DNA from: the human T2T-CHM13v2.0 reference genome, Homo sapiens
Length of the DNA stretch: 64,000 nucleotides
Assembly: GCF_009914755.1 (NCBI RefSeq)
Contig: NC_060932.1
Strand: one strand, 5' to 3'
Positions 31,418 to 45,948 of the stretch are shown here, in pieces. The notes beneath the pieces were generated by a model. The model had not been told where the DNA came from. It was given only the letters and a program-made list of their open reading frames with translations, and searched no databases. The stretch's first letter is position 1. Each line of letters starts with the position of its first letter. The translations under genes and the position numbers were made by a program.

Positions 31418-33853
31418 CCTTGGAATAAACCTGCAAAACAACTATTATTCCCATTTTACAAATGAGTAAACTGAGGCTCAGAGTAATTAAGTAACTTGCC
31501 TAATATTATTTACCTTATGGCTGAGAAGTGCATCAAATGGCATTGGCACTTGTACATCACCTCCTTTTGCTCCCCAGTGGCAAGCACTATAGAGGTGGGT
31601 ATTGTAGTGTCCACCCCTCTCTGAGACTGACAACCTTTTCAGCATGGTTGCCCTAGTCACTTGCACATCCTTTAAACACCAATGATGCCCTTGATGGAGA
31701 ACACAGATATCCAAAGAGAAACTGGAGGAGAGGTCTGAGTGTCTGACTAATGCTTTTTATTCAACCCTCCTTGAGGATTTCTAGTGTTCAGTATCCCGTC
31801 AGTGGTCCTCACATGGCTCCCCAGAATGATCATTATTCCCGACATATTTGCTGCTATTTTCTACCATAGCTATTTTCCTCTTCTACCTTTAGGTGATTAT
31901 TGCTGCTACTTATTACTATTCTCAGATGAAGGAAATTGTTTTTCTTCACCTCCCTTAGTTCAATACAGGTACCTATTTGGATTTTTTCAGTAATTGCTAT
32001 AATTCCTTAGCCTCTCTTTATCTAAACTATACCCATTAAATTATGTTAACTCTTCTCAAAGCTAAATTGCCTCATCTGTTTATTATTTTCCTCATCTTGC
32101 CTGAATATTTTAAAACTTACAAAATATGTGAAGCGATTGTTAAAAATCTAAGTAGTCCCAGGACACATTTATTAGTTACTGTAATTGAGTCTTACTGATT
32201 ACACATGCATTATAAGCCTCATGATGTGCTAACTTTAGCACAACAAAGATACAGTTTTAAAATATTATATATTTAATATTTTTTAAATTCTATGTTGTCA
32301 GTTCAGTTACTGTTGCTCATCTCCTTCTCCTCCTGAGTAATGGCCAAGTTATTTTGGTGAGTCTAACATATGGGAGTCTCATCTTTGATAGCAAAATGAT
32401 GATGACATATAGTCTACTGAGAATATATTCAGCCCTGTTTTCACCTGAGAAGGAGGAGATTTTGCCACCTAGCCTCCAAAATAAGAGCATCTTATTCCAT
32501 TATTGAAGGGACCTTTGAAGTTTCACTTGTATTTTGATAATTTATGGCCACTTCTTAAAAAATCACTATCACTCTATATATCCTCCTGGAAAGCATTTGT
32601 TTTAGCACTTATAATGGATGTTGTAAACATTTGTATATTATTAAGTGCTTTATAACATACACAGTAAAGATTCAGCTAATAACTTTAATTGTGGAACTGT
32701 AGGTTTTCTTGAGAACATTTTTTTAAAAAGGAAAACAGATTCTGAAAAACTGATGTTATTTTATCACCAACATGAGTAACCACATCATCATCATCAACAT
32801 AATCATTATCTTCACCACCACCACCATCATCCAAAATGGCATCTAGTTACATGCTCGCATGGGTTCACATATACAAATATACACACATATGTGTTTAAAC
32901 ACACACATACATGCATATATTTATTCATTCAGTCAGCACATGTTTACTGAGAGCCTACTAAGTGCCAGGCAGTGTTTTGAGGTCTGCCCTCATCTTGCTT
33001 CCATTCTAGTGAATCAAGACTGATAATAAATTGGATAAATAAGTAAAATTGTATGTTAGATGAAAATAACTGCTAAGGAGAAAAATAAAACAGGGAGCAG
33101 AGATAGAGTACATGAGGAGGGGGCTGTTTTAATTTTTGATAGAGGGGAACAAGGCAGACTTTATGGAGGTGGTAATATTTGGTTAAGACCTGAAAGGATG
33201 AAGAGGAGAGCCACGTGGATACCTGGAGGAGAGCATTCTAGCGAAGATGGAGAGTTGTTCCAAAGGTGCTGCTGGAGGCCATGCTTGACATTCAGGGGAT
33301 AGGGAGGAAGCCAATGTGCTTGAAATGGAGCAGTGAAAGGAAAGCAGTAGGACAAGAAGTCAATATAAAGAAGCCCAGGCAGAGTCAAGCCCCATGGGCC
33401 ATTTTCTCTGAGTGAGGTTGGAACTATGGGAGGCTTTTGAGCATAGGAGAAACATGATCTGAATCAACTTTCTAAAATAATCATTCTGGCTGCTTGGTTG
33501 AGAACAGACTAAAGGGGAACCAGAATGGAAGAAAGATAATAGCCTAGGCAAGACAAGAGTGTAGTTTGGAACAAGATGATAGCTGTGGAAGGCATAGCAA
33601 GTTGTCAGGCTGCAGATAATATTTTAAGGAAGGAGCGAACAGAATCTGATGGTGGATTGCATATGGAGTATGAGAGAAATAGAGGAGTTAAGCATAAACT
33701 GACAGTTTGGGGCCCAAACAACTGAAATGAGGGGAGTTAGGCAGGGGGAAAAGGGGGAGATAAGGAGTATGGGTTTGAACCTGTTAAGTTTGAGATATCA
33801 GACTTTCATGTGGAGAGGTCAAGTAGGCAGTTTGGTAAAAAGTATAGAGTTCA

Positions 33854-34675
33854 ATGAATTGACATTTCTCAAAAGAAGATATACAAATGGCCAACAAACA
33901 TATGAAAAAATGTTCAACATCACTAATCATCAGGGAAATGCAAATAAAAACCACAATGAGATACCACCTTACCCCTGGGAGAATGGCCATTATTAAAAAA
34001 TCAGAAAACAATAGATGTTGTCGTGGATGTGGTGAAAAGGGAACTCATACACTGCTGGTGGGAACGTAAATTAGTATAGCCTCTATGGAAAACAGTATGG
34101 AGATTCCTCAAAGAACTAAAAGTATATCTACCATTCTATCCAGCAATCCCACTACTAGGTATCTGCCCAAAGGAAAAGAAGTCATTATATCAAAAAGACA
34201 CCTGCACATGTACATTTATCACAGCATGGTTCACAATTGCAAAGATATGGAATAAACCTAACTGTCCATCAATAGATAAGTGGATAAAGAAAATGTGTTA
34301 CATACATACCACGGAATACCACTCAGCCATAAAAGAGTGAAATAATATCTTCTGCAGCAACTTGGATGGAACTGGAGGCCATTATTCTAAGTGAAGTAAT
34401 TCAGGAATGGAAAACCAAATACCACATGTCCTCACTTATAAGTTGGAGCTAAGCCATGGGTATGCAAAGACAAACAGGGTGGTATAATGGACACTGGAGA
34501 CTTAGAAAGGGGGAGAATGGCAGGTGAATGAAGGATGAAAAACTACCTATTGGGTATAATGTATACTATTCGGGTTACGGGTGCACTAAAATCCCAGGCT
34601 TCACTGCTATACAGTGCATCCATGTGACCAAAAAACCACTGTACCCCTAAAGTTATTGAAATAACAAAATGTTTT
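33854..34675 (+). mobile_element. 5'-truncated L1 (L1MA-like) with 14-bp TSD aagtatagagttca
   Basis: ORF2 C-terminus ([30 protein letters not shown]) plus 3'UTR; perfect direct repeat at 33840-33853 and 34676-34689. Confidence 0.92.
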
Positions 34676-35460
34676 AAGTATAGAGTTCAGGGGGGAAGTC
34701 TACAGATAGCCATAGGCATGGAGTTTTCTTCATATAAATGCTCCATCTGAATGGAAAATAATAGTTACCCTCTCACAACACCCCTGTCCCCCTGTCCAAT
34801 GGAAGCTCAGCTTCTATGTTTTCAATGCTGTGATTGTTGGTTTTGCTCTCCAGGGAATATAGTGCCCTTAGAGGCTCTGTCTCTTCATCTTGAAGATCCC
34901 CTGGTCCTAGGGTCTGGATTCTCCACAAGCCTCCTTTATCACATCATCATGACCCTCACTGGAATCAGTCTCTCTGAACTGTTTTCTTCCTCCTCCTGAT
35001 GTCTCACTCCCCTCTCTCCTTTCTCCAGGGCTATTGTTGCCACCAGTTCCTAAAGCCATTGGTTGCACCACCTTTCCTTCAATAAGTCAGCTGATGTAAT
35101 TGGATAGAGATGGTTTTGTGGCTAACTTTTTCAGCCTTTTGAGGTTCAAGTCCATATTCTGTAGACAACTTGAGGCTTCTTTAGTCATAAAGCCAAATAA
35201 ATAATAACTCAACTCTCACCTTCAGATTCTCCCTGACCAAGATCATTTCTCCCATTTTCTAAATAGGCTGAAGGAAGGCAAGGGCTGAAACGGAGACAGG
35301 ATGCTACTGCAGTACTCCACGTGAAGGCTGGTGGTCGCTTGGACTGAGTCAGAACAGGGAAACTGATGGGAAGTTGTCGGAGAGTAAGTCTATGTTGAAA
35401 ATAGAGCCAACAAGATTTGTTGATAGATTGCATTTTGGGTGTACAAGCAAGAGAGGAGTT

Positions 35461-35936
<476 letters not shown>

Positions 35937-38900
35937 AATTAGACATCTAAGTGGAGGTACTGAGTAGCTGTGGGATATGAGTGTAGAATTCAGGAGATGC
36001 ATGAAAATATGAATTTGGAACTCATCACCATACAGATTTATTTAAAACCATGAGCCTAAATAAGGGTTCCAACACAGTAAGTGTGATAGAGAAAAGAAGA
36101 GGCCTTTAGTCTGTTTCTGAGCACCCCAATTTCTATTGGTCAGGAGGATGAGAAAACCAGCCAAGAAAAATGAGAAGGATCATCCAGTAAAGCATAAAAA
36201 GAGCCAAGAGTCTGAGGTTCCAGAAGCCAAGGCAAGAATGCATTTCCAGGAGTAAACAAATGTCAAGTGCAGCTCCATCACAGGTTTGAAATTTGGTGCT
36301 CACTAATGGTTTCCACTTTAAATTTTTTGCTAATGCCTACAAAAATTCTAGGAGGGACAACCAATGTTTGAGAGTGAGATACTCTACAGAACATGCTTAT
36401 ATTTATCCTTTTAGAGATTGCCTAAGCTCTGATCCTCTCTTGGAAAGCTACATTCTGGACATTAGTTGGATGCTTAGAATAAAGTCATCTGTTCATTTGA
36501 CAAGTATTTTCAAGTGCCCGTTAGCTAGGTTCTGAGAATATGCTGATGAACTAACAAGATCCCTGCTCTCATGGGAACACTTTCAGTCTAGGGTATTTGC
36601 TGAGGCCAAACATCACCTCTTTTATCAAGCTTTTGCCAACATTTTTCAGTAGTTGCTTTCCCTTCTTTGTACATATTCATAGAACTCATCACATTTAATG
36701 TATTAGCCAGTTATTGCCTCTGCTGGTAAACTCTCCCCTCCTTTAGGAAAGCAACCCTATCTTAGTCATCTTCATATATAGATACCCTCATATGTAGGTT
36801 GGAAATATGATTTATTATTAAAACCAGGAAATGTCTGCAAGAGAAAGGAGGCTCTGTTAATTAACACCAAGACAGGGGATGTAAACTGGGACTTCCTAGG
36901 GCAAACAAAAATGTATAGTCACCCTATCACTCAAGTTTACGTCAAAATAACTGTTGAATAAATACATTTTGCTTCCTGAAAAAACACATTTACTGAAATG
37001 TGACTTAATATTTTGCTTTTGGCTTTAATTGAGGATCAATATGTAAGAAATAGTGTTAGGAAAAGTGTTTCTGCATCTTTTGTAAAACTGTTATTGGAGA
37101 CTGTGTCCATTATTTTGTCCAGCGTTCCTCATATAAAGAGCCATGTAATTACTCCCCTTAGAACTGAGCGCTAGAAAAAAATATTGCTTTTTTCAAGGAG
37201 ATGGTGGTGCACTTTCTCTTCCTAGATAATGAGAGCTCAGTAATACATCAATCACGCTCTCACATTGGCAGCCACAAGCTAGAGCTAAATTATATCCTCA
37301 AGTTGCTTTTAAGGCTGTGTCAAAATGTTCCAAATTGTGACTTTTCCTTTGCCTTAAACATTTATTGTTCACCTACTATGTGCTTAGTTCTGTTATTTAA
37401 TCTAGAGATATGGCAGAGATCCACACACGTGATTCCTGTGTTCATGGCATTTTCTTGGTTCTAGCACATTTACCTACTCTTTTAGTACAGTATTTGGACA
37501 TTTTCTTGTAGAGAGCCTTAAATTTTTGCAGGAGCAAGGCAGGCATTTAAAAAAAATTGAATGAAGTGCAATAGGCCAACAAATTAGGGAGGGGTATGGA
37601 CGGTAGTCACAGAAGGCTTGGGCAGAAGTAGGGCATGAAGTCACTTGAGCAGACCAAGGAGCCCTGAAGTTCATATTTTGGTACTTTTGTTTTTCATAAG
37701 GTTTCAAACCTGCTAATTTTCTTTTGAAAAAGAAGAAGGAAAGGCCCGCCTAAGAAAATATAATTATTTCTAAAGTTGTGGTTAGCATCTTTACTAATAT
37801 TTGTAAAGAGTACTTGATCAAATAAGGCATATGGGGATACTGTCACAATCCAGAAATGCTGAAAGTGCTTGTCTGTAGGCTAGAGAAAGAAAAACCCACA
37901 AATTGGGTTTTAATATGATACACCCTATACACCCTAGGATTGAGTAAATATTTGGGTTCTAGAGTATAGCGTAGTCTATTTTTGCAGGACAAGAAAATGA
38001 TGAGTACTATTTTTTTAAAAAATAACCTGTCTACTTATGGGTAGATGAACTTAGCGGTCCATTATAACCTTAGAAAGGGACTTGAAGAAGCTGCTGCAGT
38101 CTTCCCAACCAAGAGAAGGACATTAGAGGTCAACCAGAAAGCACTATCTTGGCTGGAACAACAATGCCATCAAAAACAAGAAACACATCTTTATGTGTTG
38201 GTTTATTTAGCATGTCACAGTGTTAAGGGAAAATGGTCAAATGAAGGAAAGGTTCTTCAGGCAGGCAATTTAGTTGTTACCTTTTGAACCTGGAGAAGAA
38301 TAGTAGTGTGGTGGGTATAACAGGAAAGACTGACAGATAACCTGTTAGAAGAGGGGACTGAGAGGGATAGAGAATGAAAAAGGCAGGGAAGTCTGCTCCT
38401 ACAAACCCAGCTATGTTGGCACTTTCTCTTCTACAACTGCATACTGAAATGAACGTGAAACCAGTAGCATGAAACACTTGACCAATACATAGCATTAAAG
38501 GAATCAAAATTTAATTGTGAGCTCTTGAGTCCCACTACTTCTATTATTATTATATTGCTTCCACATGAAAGAATAAAATTAGAAGCTGAAATAGATATCA
38601 ATTTGCTATGTAAGCCTTTTTTTAAGTCATATCTACCGAATATCCTGGATATTGCATTTTTTAAAAAAGCATATCAAATGCAGTCAGATTTGCTATATAA
38701 TACAAATAAAATTACTCTTTTTAGCTAATGTTTATGCCACATTTTTAGCCTTCTGGCTCACTGTTATGACCGTAGTGTCATTTATGCAGGGTTCGTGTGT
38801 TTTTGGTAAGCTTAAGAGTTATCCACGGACCTTAACAAGCACAAGAGGAGAATTCACTAAGATCTAGAGTGCTTCAAATGACATTGCAAACATTGGACTG

Positions 38901-41194
38901 CCTGAAAACATAGGTTTGTCTCAGAACAGAATACCTCTGTGCACACACACAGAATGATAGGTCTGGAAAGGGATCTCCAATGGCTACTCATTCTGTTCCT
39001 GTCTCCAGGTACGATGGTGGCTAAACCATAGTAGGAGTGCAGTGACAAGATGGTTAGATCCACAGAGGCTCCTGCATGTGTTAGGTTTCCCGCTCTGTCT
39101 GCAATTTTGGTACTAATGTAACTTACCCAAGACTGCCCATTTCCCCAAGCTGCAGCCAGTTGAGCTATCAAATAAAATAATTTATGTTATCATCCCTTTC
39201 CTGGCTCTCCCTTGGGTGCCCAAAGCTGTTCAAAACTGAGTGCTGGAGACTGAAAGTAAAGGTCAAAAGGAAAAGTCTGAACTTCAGGGTAGATCTGACC
39301 AGAAAATAAAGGCTGTCTTTCTACCTTGCACAGCAGAGGAACCTTCTTTACCTATCATCCAATCATGTTAGTTGTTTGAGCTGAAGCTCTGTAAAGAAAT
39401 CACCTTCATCCACAGAAACTGGGAATTCCAGGGTCACTGGCAGAACTGCAAAACAGGATTGCAGCAACTCAGCACACACATTGTAAGATGATTTGCTTTT
39501 GAGAACTTGTTTTGAGCCTACCACCTGACCAAACAGCATCACCACCATTATCTGTAAAATATTTACATTTACAGGGCAAGAAAGAGTTACTAAAATTGAT
39601 TGCCCTGTGTCAGTGTGGAGTTTACTTCTTTGAAGAATAAATTGAGGAGGCTACATGATTAATTCAAATAGTTAGGAGTCTCTTTTCTTTCCACTTGATC
39701 TTGAGACTTCAATGTCACTTTAAGTCAAATTCAAAGACATGTTGAGAAACATGAGAAAATACGTTTATTTCATTTATTTTTCCATGGTGGTCTCATAAGT
39801 TATTTTTTCTAGGTTATGAGAAGATAAAAAACTTTTAAACAAAGAAGCCAAATTTGGAGAGAAAGGAGCTATTATTGAACTTGGGTCTATGTTTCTGAAA
39901 AGTAGCCTAGAATTTTATAAAAGCAAAAAACAAAAACATCATCCTTGTGTTTATATTAGGAAGTATTTTAAAACATGCAATATGTATTTTAAACACTTTT
40001 CTTTTGAATCTTGCGTTGCACCCAAAGAATGCTAATGGTAACCAAATTGTTCTTTGGCAGAGTAGCCTGACCCTTAAAAAAAGGAACAGAAGTGTTACAG
40101 CATGTGATTGTAGCACAAGACAATTATGAATCCTCAACCCTGAGCAGATATTAACTAATCCTATGATCTGACCATAAGAGGTTACCTTGGAGCATTCCTC
40201 TACATTGCATTATGTATATTACATGGTAATGAATGACAGTTTTCATGGCTCCTAATAATGAGCTGCTTCTCTTTATTTAGAGAACAAAATAGGGGGTTTA
40301 CAGATAATATCTGAGTTTATCATTGAGCTGCTCAGCCTCCTCTTCTATGTGCCTCAGCTTGTCTCAATCAGTGCTGGTTATCTCAGCAATAAAGCATTCA
40401 GCCTCTAGAAGTTGGTTTCTTCCTACACCCTATAAACAAGAGGATGAATATCTTGTTACATGTGCTAAAATGAGTTGGGTGAAATGAGCATTACTCTGCT
40501 CCCTGTCACTAGCTATAATCAGCTTTTCAAATCTATACTGAGTGTGTCCCCACACATAGCACACTAAGGAATAAGGATGTTCGTGACAATATATTCCTGA
40601 GAAGCAGCAGTTCTAACATCCCAGTGACAGCTATTCATTCCAGTTTCTTTGTGCAGAGACATTGTCCCAACTCCTTCACCATGTGCTAACAATTAGATAA
40701 TGACTCCATAAATGTAGAGAAAAAGCAGTGTCATGGACGGTGGGTGGTTTGTTTTCTTAGTTCTTTATTGAAAACATATGGAGATGTTTATATATAAATA
40801 GAAAACAATAAAACGCTGCCATCATGTAAGCAGCAACTTAAAAAGTTCTACACGAATAGAAATCAAACATTTCTATACCTATGCCAGAATTCTGGTTTAC
40901 TGATATCTACACATCCTGTCTTATTTGGCTTGAAAAGATGTTTTATTATTTTAGGCTTTTTATTTATAGTTGGAAGCAAATTGTGGAGCAAGAGATTTTT
41001 GTTTTTGTTTTCATTTCTTTCTTGGCTTAAACAAATTACTTTTTTAGCAGGAACAACAACTTCTGTCCAAGTATACCTTGTGTTATGATCATGAAAAAAA
41101 GTTTTTAATGTATACATTTAACTACGGTCTTTGTATTTCTGAATTAAAAGTGAGGACTTGTGGCCTGACAGAAGTGACTTTCAGGAGACCCAGC

Positions 41195-41450
41195 AGTGGA
41201 GAGGTTGAGAGCACTGCTTAGGAGGTAGAAGCAATTCCTCTGGGTTGGAATTCTGGCTGCACCACTTAACTAGCTAGGTAACCGTGGGAAAGTTAGTCAA
41301 CCTGACTAAACCTCAGTTACTTCATCTGTCAGATGAGAAATATAAGAGCACTTAAAGAATGATCATGCACACTCATGGGATGAGCTGTAAGACGTTACAC
41401 ATAGTGTCTGGCTCGTAGGAAACATCACAGAAATGCTGCCTAGCATCGTT
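41195..41450 (+). mobile_element. MIR SINE
   Basis: ctgggttggaattctggctgcaccacttaactagct...cctcagttacttcatctgt...catagtgtctggctcgtagg. Confidence 0.7.
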
Positions 41451-42211
41451 GTAATCAGCTAACAGAAGGGCTTATATTGAGACCATCCTTGAAAATCTGA
41501 GAAGTGTTGATGCTCAGTGCCAAGAACAGTAACAACAGTAATGCTACTGTTTACCAAGTGCTAGTTATGCCCTAGCCTTTACAATGTACTGTTTTTGACA
41601 ATTCCATGAGCTGGGTACCATTATCATCCCCATTACAGCTAAAGATTGGTTGATGTGAGGGTCAAACCCAGTCTGGATCATTCAGAAGCCCACACTCTTG
41701 ATCTCTCTGCTAAAATGGCTGCCACATATATAGCCTAGGGCACCTTTGAAACCTTCTTTATTTACACTATTCTCTATGTTCCTGTCAACATCCTGTGACA
41801 TTGCACAATGGCATTCACAAACTGTGAAGTCCCCTGTCCCTAGGACATCTGTTCATTTGTAGTTAAAGAGGACCAGGAAACACTTAATGAACACATTATT
41901 AGAAGCCCTGGTTTTCAATTCATGCAACCATTTTTGCTTTGGTTTAAAGGCCTTTTCTTTAAAGGTGCTTGAAGCTTCATATGGACAGGCTCATTATTCA
42001 AGCTTTTGTCCCAACCTACAGATGCAGAAGCCAAGGACCAAAGTAACATGACTTGGGGACAGAGGGAGAGGCCATTCACCTGCCTTGGTAGCCCAGTGTA
42101 TCAGTTGCTGAATCAGGAATACAACAGACTGAGCCCAGGGCAGTGTCCAACTCATCAGGCTGCTCATTAATGTTGGGTCTAACAGCCAAACTGCTAACTA
42201 GCTCCACTTTT

Positions 42212-43831
42212 TAAAAACTTCTATTTTAAGTTCAGGGGTACATGTGCAGGTTTGTTACATAGGGAAACTTGCCTCCTGAGAGTTTGTTGTACAGATTATT
42301 TTCTCTCCCAGGTGTTAAGCCTAGTACCCATTAGTTATTTTTCCTGATCTTCTCCCTCCTTCCACCATCCACCCTCTGGTAGGTTCCAGTGTGTGTTGTT
42401 CCTCTCTATCTGTCCATGTGTTCTCACCATTTAACTCCCACTTATAAGTGAGAACATGTGGTATTTGGTTTTCCATTTCTGACTTAGTTTGCTAAGGATA
42501 ATGGCCTCCAGCTCCATCCATGTCCCTGCAAAGGACATGATCTCATTATTTTTGTGGTTGCATAGTATTTCCTGGTATATATGTACCACATTTCCTTTAT
42601 CCAGTCTATCACTGATGAGCATTTAGGTTGATTCCATGTCTCTGTTATTGTGAATAGTGCTGCAGTAAACATACACATGCATGTGTCTTTATAATATAGA
42701 ATGATTTCTATTTCCCCTTAACTGGTATATACCCAGTAATGGGCTTGCTGGGTTGAATGGTAATTCTGTCTCTAGGTCTTTGAGGAGTCGCCACACTGCT
42801 TTCCACAATGGTTGAACTAATTTACACTCCCATCAACATTGTATAAGTGTTCCCTTTTCTCCTCAACCTCACCAGCATGTACTTTTTTTAGTTTTTAATA
42901 GTTGCCATTCTGACTGGTGTGAGATGGTATCTCATTGTGGTTTTGATTTGCATTTCTCTAATGGTCAGTAATATTGAGCTTTTTTTCATATGCTTGTTGG
43001 CCACACGTATGTCTTCTTTTGAGAAGCCTCTGTTCATGTCCTTTGCCCACTTTTTAATGGGGTTGTTTTTCTCTTGTAAATTTGTTTAAGTTCCTTATAG
43101 ATGCTGTATATTAGACCTTTGTCAGATGCATAGCTTGCAAAACTTTTCTCCTGTTCTGCAGGTTGTCTGTTTACTCTGTTGATAGTTTCTTTTGCTGTAC
43201 AGAAACTCTTAATTAGGTTCCATCTGTCAACTTTTGCTTTTGTTGCGATTGCTTTTGGCATCTTTGTCATGAAAACTTTGCTAGTTCCTATGTCCAGAAT
43301 GGTATGCCTAGGTTGTCTTCTGGGTTTTTATAGTTTTGGGCTTCACATTTAAGTCTTTAATCAATCTTTAGTTGATTTTTGTATGGTGTAAAGAAGGGGT
43401 CAAGTTTCAACTTCTGCATGTGGCTAGTCAGTTATCCCATCATCCTTTATTAAATGGGGAACCGTTTCCCCATTGCTTTTTTTTTGTCAGCTTTGTCAAA
43501 GATCAGATATTTGTAGGTGTTCAGCCTTATTTCTGGGCTCCCTACTCTGTTCCATTGGTCTTGTGTCTATTTTTGTACCAATACCATGCTGTTTTGATTA
43601 CCGTAATCCTGTAGTATAATTTGAAGTTGGGTAACGTGATGCCTCCAGCTTTGTTCTTCTTGCTTAGGATTGCCTTGGCTATTTGGGCTATTTTGGGGTT
43701 CCATATGAATTTAAAATAGTTTTTCTAGTTCTGTGAAGAATGTCATTGGTAGTTTAATAGGAAGAGCATTGAATCTGTAAATTGCTTTGGGCAGTATGAC
43801 CATTTTAATGATATTGATTCTTCCTATCATG
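42212..43831 (-). mobile_element. 5'-truncated L1 (older L1PA, about PA13-16)
   Basis: ttttaagttcaggggtacatgtgcagg...ctagtacccattagttatttttcctgatc; ORF2 C-terminal fragments; imperfect TSD tagctcca[c/a]tttt at about 42199 and 43832. Confidence 0.9.
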
Positions 43832-44589
43832 TAGCTCCAATTTTAACCTACACAGTACATGACTAGAAGCACTTTGCCTGATTTTCTTGTTGGAAGAATG
43901 GGATCTGCCTGCAATATGGAAACCCTCACAAACAAGATGACTCGATTCTGTTTTCATTTGCAAGATATATTGTGAATGTTCTTTTCTCCTTTTTGCAGGA
44001 GAGGGAAAGGGTTTAGGGTTGTGGGTGTGGCAGGGCATAGAAGGGAAGAGGCTTAGGACTGCCAAATTACATGTCAACCTGCTGACTTAGCATCAGTGTA
44101 CTAGTTAAATGAGCCCTGAATGTAAGACATTAATGCAAATATTTTGCATATTATTAACTCTAATGATGCTACCATAATGCAGTATCCTCAGCTGAAAGCT
44201 GAGGTGGCATTTTTTATTATAAATGCCCTGGGTCTTTCACTGAAAATCACCATGAAGACAAGTCCCTTAGAAGTGAGAGCAGAAATATGAACAGAGTTCT
44301 GCATCGTTAACCTTCTCATCATTAACAATAACAAAAAATATTGGTGTCCCAGGGCCCTGCATTCAGTAAATGCCGGCAACATCTTTCTTTAGAAACTATC
44401 ACTGCTCTTGCCCTTATAACTACAATATACTTCCAAAGCAAAAGGTTAGGCAATCATTGTAAAATGGAATCTGTTTTAGAAAAAAATACTATGCAATCCC
44501 CAAATTGTTATGTAGGTGGAAAATCATTCTAAATGCAGAACAAGTATTGCTTACCCTCCAGTGCCATGCTAGTGATGGTAGTGTGGAGT

Positions 44590-44800
44590 CTTGGAAAGCA
44601 GAGGGTTTCAGAGCCAGCGCTACCATTTGCCAGCTGTATGACATTGAGCAAATCGCTTGACCTCCCTGATTGTCAGATCCTTTCCTATAAAACAGCAACA
44701 TTAATAATACTGCTTTGTCTATTTTATGAGTTGCCAAAGAACACCAAAGGAGATTGCAAATGTGAAAGCTCTCTGGACGCAATGTACAAATGTTATTATT
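44590..44800 (+). mobile_element. MIR SINE fragment
   Basis: ctaccatttgccagctgtatgacattgagcaaatcgcttgacctccctga...ctataaaa...atgtgaaagctct. Confidence 0.65.
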
Positions 44801-45746
44801 GATTTTTTACTAGGTGAGTAATGAGGAATGAGTAGCAGTGTTTGTCCAAGGATAGCTTGGGAATAAGTCAACCAAGGTGGCAGTTGGTAGGTCTTGAAGA
44901 TGTGGTTGGCTCCTGGGAAACAGATGAGCTGGCCAGTTTGAAGGATCTTAAAGTTGCAAGTTTTCGGGCTGGGTAGCAATTTAACTGTGCAACCTGTCAA
45001 GAGCCTATTATATTCTAAATTTGTGCCGTGACAATATTGGCTACATGAAATAACTGTGTGCTTTCTTACCAGACTTTATTTGGAAAGAGTTTATGAACTA
45101 GTGGCCTGGCAGCGTTGCCTGGAATTAACAGTGCTGTGGTTTTACACCAGGGAGAGAAGTGTTTCATGCCTTGTTCTATTACCTCCCTCCCTGGAGATTC
45201 AACAGATGGAACAACAACAAAATCAGAACCCCAAGACAAACCTGTCAGCTTGATGCCTTTAAGCTTCGGCAGAACTCACAATTAAGATAAGATAGAATAT
45301 CCATTTAGAGGAAAGAGGTGCAAAGAAATAAGTTCACAGAGCATACCTTCTTTTGTCTGAGCATGGCTAATACTATCTGGAGATCCCTGCCACATAGGAG
45401 GAATTGTATACTGGAACACAGTGAACACTTAAGAAAATTAGTTGAAAGAATATTATTGCTAGTAGAAATAACTGAACATCTTTAATATGGGGCTTTATAT
45501 TTCCCTTCATTATATTTTTTTAATCCTTTCAAGCCAACTCTTGAGTTTGGCAAATCCTAGGCTGAGTAATTGTGCATCTCAGAATGGTTAGATAATATGC
45601 AGAGCAGACCTTAAGTCAGGCACAGCAACATGTGTTTTGGCACAGCCGTAAGGAGGTAAAGTATTTGGTAATTGTTGTTTGATAGTTCCCAAGGAGAAAG
45701 CACTGAAGCAACAGATAAGAACCAAACAATTTTCTCTTGTGTTTAG

Positions 45747-45948
45747 GTAAATATTTCCAACTACAGTCTGGTGATGGAGTCTGACGCAGGAACCTTCTTA
45801 CCCACTGGGCTGCAATTCACTGGCAGTGAAAAGGCCAGGGCCATCATGGAGGAGGTTATGAGCCTGCTGCAGCCCCTCAATATCACTCAGGTCCTGAGCC
45901 ATGGAGAAGGGACAGACATCAACTTTTGGATCCAAGCTGGAGTGCCTG
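45747..45948 (+). CDS. CPQ: Carboxypeptidase Q internal coding exon (probably exon 7), phase 0 start, phase 1 end
   Basis: Acceptor ttttctcttgtgtttAG (45745-45746) and donor CTG|GTAAGA (45949). Translates VNISNYSLVMESDAGTFLPTGLQFTGSEKARAIMEEVMSLLQPLNITQVLSHGEGTDINFWIQAGVP(G). Contains the Zn-ligand Asp of ESD and the sequons NIS, NYS and NIT. In frame with the exon at 9146-9237. Confidence 0.96.

Noticed and set aside
32780-32832. CAT/CAC run suggesting a poly-His coding exon
   Set aside because: Low-complexity repeat without a supporting ORF or splice sites.
45755-45766. Alternative acceptor ttccaactacAG 20 nt inside the exon
   Set aside because: Weak pyrimidine tract and out of frame; no evidence of use.
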